A DNA stretch of 64,000 bases from Prorocentrum cordatum (GCA_963575745.1 CAUYUJ010000088.1:1-64000), one strand, 5' to 3'. Positions 25,342-37,045 are shown, numbered from the stretch's first letter. The notes: generated by a model not told the origin, from the sequence alone. A program made the numbers and translations.

Positions 25342-28300
25342 GTGGACCGCGGCCCGCCTCCTCTGTCACAGCTGCGCCCCACGGTTCTCCTGGCCTTTCC
25401 CGAGGCCTGGACCCCCGACGAGCCAGCACCTCACGGAGAGCACCTTGACTGTCTGATCCAAAACCTCGACCCAGAGCTGGCGCGACGTGCAAACCGTGCC
25501 AAAGCTGAACGCATCAAGATATGGGCTGAGGGCGTCCGCGAGCCAAGCGGGCGAAAGGCGGCCATATACGCACGGGCTGCTGACAGCTCGCCCACGGCGT
25601 ATCTCCGCACGCCTACCACTCCCGACGATACACAACTCCACTGCGACACCAACGCCTTTAAACCTGACAAAGCTAGCACGGACGATAGTGACGCCGACAC
25701 CGAAGCTGGCGGCTTCAGCCCCAGCGACGGTAGTTCGCCCGACACGGACAACGACGAAGACCACACTTGTGAACCACCACCTGCACAGGTCCCCGACACC
25801 CTCCCTGCCAACGCCATTGTTGCTAATACCAAAGACATGCTTAAGCTCATGGTCGACACCTGGGAGCCCATCCTGGGCAGGTACCGCGCCCGTGCAGGGC
25901 ATGACGCCGAAGCCATGCCGACGTGGGCTGACTTTTACGACGAGTACCGACAAGAGCTGCCTACGCCATCACCAGCAGCCCCTTTCCACCTCACCGACGA
26001 CCAACTCATCCACTTCATTCGCACCCGTTCACCGCGCCGTGCGGGGGGACTTGACGGCTGGACAACTAAGGAGGCTAAGGAGTTACCCGACAACATCCTT
26101 CGCCTCTTCGCCAGCGTCTTACGCGCTACGCAACGCACTGGCACCATCCCAGAACCCCTCCTTCACGTGCCAAACCCGTGCCTCCGAAAAGGCCGAGGGG
26201 AACTCCCGACGGACCAACGACTTCTCTCGGTGCTTTCCGTTTGGATGTACGCGTGGGAAGCGCCAGCTTACCGCAGCCTCACGGACTGGCGGAAAGGATG
26301 GACCCACGCCACGAGTTTTGGCGCTGTTCCCAAAGCTACCATTGGGGACGTCAGCACCTCTCTCGCCCTGCGCATCGAGCACGCCAGGGCTTTACTCCTG
26401 CCCTTATCTGGGGCTGCCCTTGACCGACAGAAGTGTTTCGACTACCTCATCACGGACATCTGCCTTAACCTTGCGCTCCACGCGGGGTGCCCCCAAGACA
26501 TCGTAACTGTCCGCAGAAACTTCTACAGTCGCCACAAACGCTACATCCGCATGAACGGAGCGTACTCTAAGGAATTGGCCAGGACCAACGGTCACCTCCA
26601 GGGACGCTCATGGTCCCTGGACGACATCAAGCTGCTCATGTGTGTGTGGACAAAGAGACAGCATCGATACGTTCCTCGATCACTCAGCACTACCTTTGTT
26701 GACGACAGCAACTCCACTACCCACACCGCGTCTGAGTTGCAGAAATCTCTTGACGAAACCGCCAAGTTTGATCGATTCTCAGGTCAACGCATTCACCCTG
26801 GCAAAGTGGCGGGGTGGGCGCTCACCGACGAGCTTCACGCCGCCGTTACCCAGTTCACTCTAGCGGAACGGCCCTTACGCGTGGTCGACTCCTTCAAGCT
26901 CGTCGGGAGTTACATCAACGCCGAGGCAGCGCCGTCTCCAGCCGCGCTTAACCTCACGGCCATCGCTGACGCCCGTGTACGGAGGGCGACCAGTCGCCTG
27001 CCGCGCATTGGCAAGCTCCCATCGCCGATGCTTATTAAGGCGCGGCACGCCCGTTCCCTTGCTGCCAGCGTCTGTACCACGGGCACCGACATTCAAGCCC
27101 CATCAGGCCCTGCCAAAATTGCCTACAACCACGCCCTCAAGGCGGCTATCCGCCCCAAGGGGAACAAGCGGGTCGAGTTTTGGACTCTCATGGCCGTGTG
27201 CGTCCCAGGACACGCCCTGGAGATTGACGCCATCACGCAGCGTGAAGCTTTCCTGTGCCTGCGGCGACAGGTTAACCGCGACGTTACACTCTGCGGTCTC
27301 GTCAGGGATCTCCAACACCACGTCCAGACCCTGTTTGGTGGAGGACCTGTCGGACGACTCGTCCAGTCGCTCCAGCAGCTCCGGTGGACCTGGCCCACAT
27401 TTGGCATCATGTACGACGACTGGGGCTGCCAGATCAGCTGGCTGAACTTACCCCAAAACGCCTTCCTTCACATGCTGCGGGCCTCACAACGCAGAGCCTT
27501 TCTACGGAGGATCAAGCCACGGCGTCACGACCTTGGATACCTTGCCTCTGTCAGACAGGGCCTCGACCTCTTCGCCAGCACGTGGCTCGCCCGAACTAGA
27601 GGAGCAGCCAAATGCACTGCCTGGCAGCTGGCGCTCCACCTGAACTACCTGTCGGGCGGGGACCACACCCAACAGCGACGATCCCGATCAAACACGTCAG
27701 CTGACCCCAGCCCCATCTGCCGATACTGCGACGAGGAAGAGGGAACTCAGGAGCACACTGTCCGCGACTGCAAGTGCTGGGCCCGAGAAAGACTCCCTCT
27801 CACCACCCTCATCAGTGACGACCAGTGGGCCCGTCTCCCGCCGCACACAAGACACTGCGGGCTCTTCGACGAAGACCCAGCCCTCCTCGACCTGCAGGCC
27901 GACCTCGCGAGGGACCCGCTACCTCAGCCCATACCGCGGCCCCCCCCTGAGGGAGATCCTGCGGCTTCAGCCCAGGACTCCTACACCACCTACCTTGACC
28001 ACGACACTGGTTGGACATGGGTCTACGCTGCCACGGACGGTGCATGCACCAACCAAGCCATCCCATTGCTAGCACGAGCGGGATACGGCGTCTACTACGG
28101 CATCGACCACCGCATGAACTACAGTGCACGCGTTCACGGCATTACGCAGAACGCACAGCTTGCGGAGACCCTCGCCATTGTTCACCTCACGGCATGTGCT
28201 GAACGGCCCGTACACGTTTTCGTGGACAACCAGGCGGTGGTCGATGGGTTCCAAAGTATCATCGACGGACACTCACCACCGCAGGGCACGCACGTGGAGC

Positions 28301-28490
28301 TCTGGGAAAAGATTCACCGATGCGTCATGGCCAAGCCCAACATGTTCCGCGTCGAGAAAATCGCAAGCCACCTGGGAGACATGGGCATCGACCTCGGGCT
28401 CATCGGGCCCATCGCGGAGGAGTTCAAATCGTCAGGCTGACGCCCTCGCCACAACGGCGGCACGTACTCACAACCTTCCAGACGACATCG
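25342..28490 (+). CDS. Reverse transcriptase + CCHC zinc knuckle + RNase H of the retrotransposon
   Basis: AGGLDGW, LRKG, RLLSVLS, LDRQKCFD (26419), GHLQGRSWS, FVDD (26695-26706), SGQRIHPGK; CRYC-x8-H-x4-C (27718-27771); RNase H TDGAC, AETLA, VDNQ, with the final NRQADALA in the next frame after ~28425. Confidence 0.93.
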
Positions 28491-28623
28491 TCGAAGCTGC
28501 CAAAACACGACATCGCCAAGCGACCGTGCTTCATGGGGTCGCTGTCGCCATCTACGAGCGCAGACACCGCACACTCCCGCTCCCACACCGCAGGGCTGGT
28601 TTACAGCTGCGGAACTCAACAAA

Positions 28624-29784
28624 ATGGAACCAAACCCCCTGCTGTCGGACCAGGCACCACCCGCGGCTGGACCAGACATCCCACAGAACCCGGACGAGCT
28701 CTGGGCCGAGGCCCAATGGGCGATATTCGACGAACAGGAGGACGACCCTTTCGGCTTCGGCGGGGGACTTGACTTCCTAGGCGACGGGCCAGCCAGCGCC
28801 AACCTTGCCCCGTCGGGCATCCGCACGACGCCCTCGACTCCGCCACCGAGAGCGGCACCGCACCCACATGACGACGCCGCTCACCTCCAAGACGCTGACG
28901 AACAGGAAGACGACCCGTTCAGCCTCGGTGGGGGATTGGACGTCCTGGACGACGGCCCAGCCAGCGACAACCCTGCCCCGTCGGGCAACCTCTCGACGCC
29001 TACCGCGACTCCGTCTCCGAGAGCGACATCGCTCCCATATGATGATATCGGTCACCGCCAAGACGCCGACGACGACCTGGGTGACCCCCGCGGACTGAGT
29101 GGCATAGACGACGCACCGCCGACACCCCACGCTGCCGACCATGCCGCCCTTTCGAGACGCCACCCTACTACGCGGATGACCTCAGGGCCCTCGCACGGCA
29201 TCATGATTGGTCCCACCGCGCAAACCACTCCGCCCCCCCACCAGCGGCAGCCCGCGGGGGCGGCTTCAGCCCCCCCGCAGGGCACTGAACCAGGCAGGCC
29301 CTCGCACCCCGTCCACGCTTCCATCGTTGCTGAGCGAGAGGATGCGGCTCTTCCGACCTCTCGGGGCGTGGCCCTAGCGGCTCCAGCCCTGGGGCCGCGT
29401 GCTCCCCTCCAGTCACCTTGCAAGAGTGACGGACGACAGCGTACAGGGTGCCGTACTACGCTAGTCCACCACCTGGACAGGCGTACCGAGGACCTCGCCC
29501 CTGTCACGAGGCCCGCGGCTGCTGGCACTGAACAGCCACCCCGCACCGACCGCGAAACCGAGCTGTCCCAGGCTATGGCCGCTCTCCAGCAGAGGTGTGC
29601 TGCTCTCGCCGCGGACCTCGCTGCCGCTCAAGCCCGCCAAGGCCCTCTACTCCAGCGCCTCCACAGCGCCGGGCGAGCCTTCGCCGAGCTGCTTACGCCC
29701 TCGTCCGATGGTGCCGTGCCGTCACTCACCATCCAAGCTATGCTGTCATCGTTCCGCGGCGCTCCACCTGGTGCCCCGCGCTAA
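28624..29784 (+). CDS. Acidic/proline-rich C-terminal extension (or separate ORF) with terminal coiled coil
   Basis: 386-aa open frame; the homologous frame is also open in the second copy (43212-44036, -). Confidence 0.6.
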   Translation: MEPNPLLSDQAPPAAGPDIPQNPDELWAEAQWAIFDEQEDDPFGFGGGLDFLGDGPASANLAPSGIRTTPSTPPPRAAPHPHDDAAHLQDADEQEDDPFSLGGGLDVLDDGPASDNPAPSGNLSTPTATPSPRATSLPYDDIGHRQDADDDLGDPRGLSGIDDAPPTPHAADHAALSRRHPTTRMTSGPSHGIMIGPTAQTTPPPHQRQPAGAASAPPQGTEPGRPSHPVHASIVAEREDAALPTSRGVALAAPALGPRAPLQSPCKSDGRQRTGCRTTLVHHLDRRTEDLAPVTRPAAAGTEQPPRTDRETELSQAMAALQQRCAALAADLAAAQARQGPLLQRLHSAGRAFAELLTPSSDGAVPSLTIQAMLSSFRGAPPGAPR

Positions 29785-30148
29785 TCTCCTCCTTCCTGCC
29801 TGCCCGTGAGTACGCGTGGCTCCGCGTCCACGGTGCCAGGGCGCGGGGGCGGGGGGTGCCCCGTCACTGCGCGCCGCATTGCGGCCAAGCGCCCAACTGG
29901 CGGTCTGCCAAGCCGCCTAGCCACGTGTCAGCACGTCGCCTTTCTTGTTGGGGCCTCTTTCTTCACGCGGTCTGACAGGTGAGATCATCACCGTCTGTCC
30001 GCCGTCTGTAGCGTCTGTCGCACTGCGCCGGGGGAGGGGTTTTTTGTTGCCCGCCCTCGTATCTAAAGGCTGCACCGCCGCAAATAGTGTTTAGCGAGTT
30101 GTCGCACCGCAGTGCGCTTCGCGGACGGACCCTGGTCCGCCTACTTGT

Positions 30149-30152
<4 letters not shown>

Positions 30153-30205
<53 letters not shown>

Positions 30206-30288
30206 TTTTATTTCTCTCTCTCTCTCTCTTTCTTTCTTTCTCTCTCTCTCTCTCTCTCTCTTTATTTCTCTCTCTCTCTCTCTCTCTT

Positions 30289-30323
<35 letters not shown>

Positions 30324-30335
30324 CTTTTTCTATTT
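30153..30335. repeat. (TC)n microsatellite, 3' flank of the retrotransposon
   Basis: Direct observation. Confidence 0.95.
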
Positions 30336-32894
30336 CTCTATGTCCCTCCCTCCCTCTCTCTCCTACCCTCATCTTTCTCGCTCGCCTCCGTGCCCATCCC
30401 CCCCCCCCCCCCCCCCCCCCCCCCCCGCGCATCCACCCTCGCCCCATGTATCCCTCGCAAGAGACCTCTCAGTTGCATCAGATAAGCTTCACATATGCTT
30501 GACAATCGGGGGCCGTCCTTGTCGCCGCGGCTGGGCGCAGCTCGACTTGCAGACGCGCGTGGGCCCCTCTCTCTGCCGCTCGATAGTCTTGCTTCCCCCA
30601 GCATAACGCCCCTTCGGCCCGCGCGCCGCCGGGGCCTCTTGCCGTCGGGGGACGAGGAGCAGCAATCATTACCTCCACTCCCTCGGCCTCGTCCTATGAG
30701 AGGTCATGGGGTCGCTCTACAAGAGCGCCGAGCTGAAGGCGCTGTTCAAGGCCAAGGGCATTCCAGAGAGCACATCGCGAAGGGCGGGTGGAACGTGCCG
30801 ACGGGCGCCAAGGTGTCGTCGGCGGCGGGGGGGGGGAGGGCGCGCGAGACCTCGGCCGAGCCGCAGGGGAAGTACGACGCCATCGCAGGCGACGCCAAGA
30901 GGTCGAAGCGCGCCACCTTCAGGTCGCCAAAGCGCAGGGCGGGAGGAGGGAGGCAGGCGAAAAAGAGGAGGAGGACGGGGAGCAGGATGAGGAGAGGGGG
31001 GAGGAGGAGGCGGAGGAGGAGGCGGAGGAGAAGGAGGAGGAGAGGGGGGGGAGGGGAAGAAGGAGGAGGGGGAAGGGGGGGGAGGAGGAGGATGAGGAGG
31101 AGGAGGAGGAGGCGGAGGAGGAGAAGGAGGAGGAGGACGGCGACGACGAGGGGGGGATAACGACGGGGATGGAGAGGAGAGGAGGAGGACAGGGGGAGGA
31201 GAAGGAGGAGGAGGAGATGAGAAGGGAGTTGAGGAGGAAGGATGAGGAGGGGTAGAAGGGGGGGGGAGGAAGGGGTCGAGAGAGGAGAGCAAGAAGAAGA
31301 GCCGTGCGACCACGTACGAGGTGAAGGATTACACCGACGGCCAGTACTTACCCATCGGCCGCATCGCTTGGAAAGAGGAGGGATCTCGATTTGGATTCAC
31401 TCCCGCGGGGCCTCGACGAAAATGACGAGGATGAATGGTGAGGTGGGAGAGAAGGAGGAGGAGGGGGAGGAGGAGGAGGAGGGGGAGGAGGAGTGGGACA
31501 TGAATGATGATGAGGAGGGGGGTGTCGTCGCCGTCGTTGCAGACGATGTTGAGTTTGTGATCCCCAGGCGGTAAAATACGCGTCCAAGTGCATGCTGCTC
31601 GGGCCACCTTGGATCATCTTCGATCCGAGGACAGAGGCCCGGAAGGCGTTGTACCTTGCCCGCGCGGGAGCCCCGGTTGCCTGCGCCGCCCTAGAGCAGC
31701 GGGGCCGATGATGGTGACCTGGCCGATCTTATTTTGGGAGCCGTCGATCTGCATGGGCGCCCTCCGATATGCCCTCCGCAACCATGTTCCACCAACCTCG
31801 TGCCCTCCGATATGTGCCGCCACGCTGTGCCCTCCGTGTCGTGCGGGCCTATCCCTCCATGTTCCACCGCCCTCGTGCCCTCCGGTTTGCCCCCCCGCAA
31901 CCATTTGGCCACTGCCTGCGAGCTCAGGGCGTCGGCAAGGTCTTCACGGAGGCCTGGCCCCTGCACGTCGAGTGGGCCGAGGGCGCGACGAGCGCGCCGA
32001 GCGCGCAGGAGCTCAGCAGCACAACGAGGGGGGGCGACGAGGAAGAAGAGGGGGGGATGGAGGCTCGAGGAGGAGGGGGAGGGGGAGGAGGAGTAGAAGG
32101 AGGAGGAGGAGGACGAGGGGGATTAGGGGGAGAGGGGGTGGGTGGGGGGTGGGGGGGGAGAAAGGTGGAAGAGGGAAATAGGGGTGGGGGGGGGTATGAG
32201 GAGAGGATGAAGGAGTAGTATATCACCCCTGATGCATGGTTGCATTTTCAGTGAGGGAGGAGGAGGACCAAGGAGGAGGATTGGGGGGGGGGGGAGGAAG
32301 AGGGTAAGGGGAGGGGGAGGGGGGGCAGGAGGATGGTGAGGAGGGAGAATTTTGGGTGTGAAGGAATGAGGAGGAGAGGAGAGGAGGAGGGGAGGAGGAG
32401 GGAAGGAGAGGGGAATGAAGATGAGGTGGCATTTCATATGAGGACGAAGGCAAGCGAGTGGAGCCGCGCCCGCAGGGTGCCGATGAGGGCAAGGCAGAGG
32501 CGGCAGCGGACGGCCCCGACGGCGCGGGCAAGACGAAGCGCAGGCTGAAGGCGAAGACGCCGAGCGAGGAGGGCGCGGCGACGGGCAAGCCCGAGGCGGA
32601 GCCGTCAGCGGAGCCGAACGCCGCCGCGCCGATGGTCCGTAAGTCCACTGGCAAGGATCTGTATCGGGTCAATTTAGCGGCATTTCCAACACTCAGTCAA
32701 ACCTCATCCCTTCCTCCTTCTCCTAGCCCGTCTCCCCTCTCGTCCTCTGCCTCCTCTTCGTCTTCCTCCCATCTGGAGGGGCCTTAAGGGTTCTGGAACT
32801 TTGCAGGCATCTGGAGGGTCCACAAGGGTTCTGGAATGTTGGAGGCATAGGGGGGATCCACGAGGCATCTGGGGGGTCCTCGAATGTCTGCGCT

Positions 32895-33335
32895 GACTGT
32901 CCAGCGCAGGAGAAGTCGTCAGAGAAGGTCGCTCTGCTGGCGTCCGCCAAGAAGAACCTCACGCGCAACGGGGCCTCGATCGCGAGCGCCGCCCGCATCG
33001 CGGGCTGCGTGGAGACGAACCAGCCGCAGTGGGGATGGGCGAAGGGCGACGGCGACTTCAAGGTACTGGTCAACAAGATGGAGGAGCTCGCGGCCGCGGC
33101 GGTAGCCCAGCCCGCGCTGGACAAGGTGCTCAGCATGGCTTTCGCAAAGCTCAAGCCGAAGCTGAAGGGCGACCTCAACCGCGCCGTCGCCGGCCCCCAC
33201 GGACTCACGAAGATACTTGGCGAGGTCGACACGCGCGCGAAGCAGCTCATCCGCTGCCGCGACGCGAAGACCACGAGGCGCCTCGACGGGGGGGCGCCGA
33301 AGCCCAAGAAGCAGAAGAAGAAGAGGGTGCCGTAG
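32895..33335 (+). CDS. Probable terminal exon of an unknown helical protein ending in an NLS-like basic tail
   Basis: GC3-rich open frame ...PQWGWAKGDGDF...PKPKKQKKKRVP*; further exon-like fragments upstream at ~30706-30950, ~31920-32040 and ~32460-32660. Confidence 0.5.
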   Translation, partial: DCPAQEKSSEKVALLASAKKNLTRNGASIASAARIAGCVETNQPQWGWAKGDGDFKVLVNKMEELAAAAVAQPALDKVLSMAFAKLKPKLKGDLNRAVAGPHGLTKILGEVDTRAKQLIRCRDAKTTRRLDGGAPKPKKQKKKRVP

Positions 33336-34759
33336 GCGCGCGGGGCCCCCGCTCGATTGCCCCCCCCACCCCATCCCCCTCGTTTCTGCCTGCGGGGTTC
33401 AGGGCGGCAGCTGCGATGGCGCAGCTAGATATTTTCGGCGCCCGCCGCGCTCGCGAGGCGCGCGGGGGCCGTCGGAGCCGTCTGCGCGATGATTTTTCGC
33501 GCTCGGCCTCGCAAGTGCGCCCGCAGGGCCGAAAACCAGACTCGAGGGATAAAGCGCGAGGGCCTGGGGCAAAATCTGAGCGCACGTACGCGTGGGATTT
33601 CGCGAATCCCTCGCAATGAAGACGCGTGGGATCGCTGCTAAATCAACATAATGTATCCGGCACAGTGCGTGGGATTTCAGTCTCCCATGCGACTTCCCTT
33701 GCATGGGAAATTGCATGGGATTTCGGGGGGGGGCTCGAAATTCCATGAAACACTAGAGAAAAACAGCTCATCTCGACGGCCTTGGGGTGCTCTGACACGC
33801 GCGCTCTGCTCATGGAGGGCATGCCCTGGCGAGCCAGGGCAGCGCTGGCTCAGCATTACTTTCGCTTGCGCGCAGCAGGTCATTCGTGGGGGTCGAGTGC
33901 GAGCGCACTGGCCATGCGCGCGTCCCTTTCCCAAAATCACCGCCTGTCCCCTCTCGCTCGCCCTTCTGGCGCCGTGCTCGCCCCGGCAAGTGCAACGCGC
34001 GAGGTCGCAGCACGCGGTGGCTCACGGCTGCGCAGTTTCAGCGCCCCAGAGGGGCCGAAGTGGGAGCAGATTCTCTGGGGCTGCTTCGGGGCCCGAACAT
34101 GTCCTCCTCCTCCTCCGCTTCCTGCTGCAACTGCTCCCCCCTCTGGTTATCCTCTCCCTTCTCCTCCTCATCCACCGCCTCGCCCTCCTGCCCCCCCCCC
34201 CTCCTCGCGCCGGGCTCTACCGTCGCCCTCATAACATTCGAGCAGGTGCAGGGGTCGGGCAATCCTTAATCTCCTCCCCATGTCGTGCTCCCCCCAATCG
34301 CCCTCGCTGATCCCTCGAGCTCGCCCGCCGCTAAATCAGGGCGGCGCTGCCTGTGCGGAGGGGGCCCCAGGGCAGAGCGTCGCTGAGCGGAAACCTCCTT
34401 TGTCGCCACGCGGACTCGCCGAATGATGCCTTCAACGTCGGATTGACAATTCGGGATATCACCCCTCGCTGGCCCGCGACCAATCGCAAACGAAATGCAA
34501 GATCGCATGGGAACAGATGCACGGGCCCGATGGGATGGCGGAGGAGTAAGGCCGAGAAGAGCGCATCATGATAGCAAAAATGATGGGGATGAAAATGAAA
34601 CAAGGTGCGCATTGCAATGATCTGCGTGAAAACAAGATAGTGCACTGATGTATGTATATATGTACACTGACGTGCGCGTATGTATAGGTCAGTATGTTTA
34701 CATGTCCGCATGCGTGTATACGCACGAGCTTAGATGCATGTGTTTTTTTAGCTCTGGCA

Positions 34760-37045
34760 GCTTTGCGGCACAGGCGCGCTGGAGTCACTCGCGCGCGCCT
34801 GCCGTGGAACAGCCCCGCGAGCGGTCGCCCAGACGATTGCAGTCCAGAACGCACGAGCAGAGAGAAGCCGGTGCAAACCTGATGAAAGAATTGCTGGGTC
34901 TTTACGCGAGCTGCCTGCCAAATGCAAAAGAGCTGTGCGCGGCCTGCTGGCGCATAGACCGCGCTGGGGTTCAAGGAGCAGCATTTCCTCAATATGCAGT
35001 CAGGCCAGACTCCGCGACATGAGCCCTCCAAAAACTCTTGGACTCCGTGCTGCCCGACCCTGGCAAACTCCACTATATAGACATTCCTGTATTTGGTAAA
35101 TGGCAGAACCGAAGGTCTGCGTGGAAACTTCCCGCGCGCGCGCTCTGGGACCCCGTCAACTGCGAACTTGCTTCGGAGCCTTCCACCAATCAACACCTCG
35201 ACGGGGAATTGAATGATGGATCGCCGACGGTGCTTGATGTCCCGGCCTACCGTGACCATCCACATGTTGTGGCTGCTCGCGCAGCAGGGGAGCGTTTGCC
35301 GCTTCCTCTAGCGGTGCACATGGATTCTGTTAGGTACGTCACCCAAGCGGCGGGCAGATCACAGTCGGTGTTGGGCGTCTGGCTCATTAGCATGATAACG
35401 CAGAAGCGTCACTTCTTCAGCGCCCTGAAGTCGGGTGACACGTGTGATTGTGGATGCCGGAATTGGTGTTCAGCATGGCCGATCATGCAAACTCTCGAGT
35501 GGCAATTGGAGGCCATGTCTAGAGGGGTTGTACCAGAAAAGCAGCACGATGGATCAGATTGGCCAGCTGGCCACGAAGCTCGCAACGCAGGCGCCTTAGG
35601 ATACAAACCAACGCTTCTTTACACAAAAAGGGGACTGGGGGGAACACTGTCACAGTCTCGGTATCACCAGCCACCAAAACTTACACTCCCCGCGCCAGTT
35701 CTGTAGCCTTGCAAAACATGAGATCAGCAGCTTGGATTGCCAATTGTGTGACCCAGATGGCCCCGCTCTGCCCCTCCGAACCCATGAAGATTACGAAGTG
35801 GATTGCGGGCGGTGCCAGGTGACAGTTCAGCTCCGCTCGCAAGAGGATGTTGCCACACTCAAAGCAGCGTTGAAGTGGACTAGGAATTCGGACAGAATAG
35901 GGGGGCGCGTCGTTCACCGGGAGTGCGTGGTCAACGGGTCGGGCCTCAAAGTTGGGGACCGCTTGGGGCCGTCGCAACACCTCTTGGACATCGGGGCATT
36001 GGAAAAAAAACCTTGTTCAACCACGGTGGTCTTGTGCAGGCCGCGGCTCAACGGCAATGGCAAGAGAATTGATTCTGTTAACCATAAGTGCCCATTGTTC
36101 AGCCAACGGTTGCATTCCAGTCCAGCGAGTACGCTGGCAATTGACGCGCTGCGCACGCTGTGCCTGGGCCCTGTCATCAGGTGCGCGTCGGCCACTTTGT
36201 GGCGCACAATGTTATCGAACCCTTGGTCATTACCAGGGGGGCGTCGAGGTGGTGGTTGACCAAGCTGCGCAATTCCTCGCGGCAGATTTGCATCGGTGGC
36301 AAGACATGGCTGCAGTCCCCTAGGATCGGCGCGCGCAGTATATCAAGGCTGGGATGCTTGGCAATCGCAAGCAGCACAACTTGCAGGATTCCATTTTGTT
36401 TTTTTGGATTCTCGCCAATGGCGGGGATGATGATAATGGCAAGGACGAGGTATGGAGGGAAAGGGTTGAGGATCGGAGTAGGCGGAAACTGGGAAGGACG
36501 GCGGAAGTTAACATCACCACACATTGGGTTGGGCGACGTGGGGGGGACGGAGGAGGGGGGTTGGAGGAGCAATCGAGGGTGACGGTACTGACTTGGACAT
36601 GTGCATGATAATATGTGCACGTATGTACATGTGAGCACGCAACGTTATAGTTACACATATAGAGACAAGGGTGGGCAAAGCCTCTGGCGAGCGCGCGTGC
36701 GAGGCGGGGGGGTCTGGAGACAACGGAGAGATACGCTAGCCAACATGGATGAATGATTACTCCCAGCGGCGGGACCACCCGGGGGGGGCACATGAGCTTC
36801 AAAGCTGGCGGGTGCTCGACTCTGTTGGATGTTCGGTGCAGCTCGTATTGAAGCATGGCGGTGCTGACGTTTACGGAGGGGCCTTCATCGGCGCAGGCCG
36901 CGCCCTGCAACAGCTCATCCATGAGATACACTCGCGCGATGTGCTTGTTGGGGAAGATGGGCCCCGACGAATGTTGGCGCATCTGGAGTCTTTAACGCGC
37001 GCTCAAGAGCAACTGGCATCGCGCGCACCCCCAAGTTCCACCTGA
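34760..37045 (+). pseudogene. Decayed DNA-transposon transposase, CACTA/EnSpm-Plavaka-like
   Basis: PLAVHMDSVRY (D 35323), CDCGCRNW, KGDWGEHCHSLG after a frameshift in the A-run at 35625-29, LAIDALRTLCLG (D 36143), resembling the D..GD..(D)xxHxxxLG pattern; multiple frameshifts and stops. Confidence 0.55.

Larger units (their letters stand above)
13964..30152 (+). mobile_element. Apparently full-length ~16.2-kb non-LTR retrotransposon (APE-RT-RNase H type) inserted in (TC)n
   Basis: Sharp change from microsatellite-rich to microsatellite-free coding-dense sequence between two (TC)n tracts; APE, RT, CCHC and RNase H motifs in LINE order; the 3' 1.2 kb is repeated at 42845-44036 with the same 3' end. 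Confidence 0.9.

Noticed and set aside
15827..25725. GGFSP as a repeated protein motif
   Set aside because: The same nucleotides are read as AASA/AAPA in other copies, so the constraint is at nucleotide/RNA level.
30029..30055. Intrinsic terminator-like T-run in the LINE 3' UTR
   Set aside because: No convincing GC hairpin directly before the T-run, and the context is eukaryotic.
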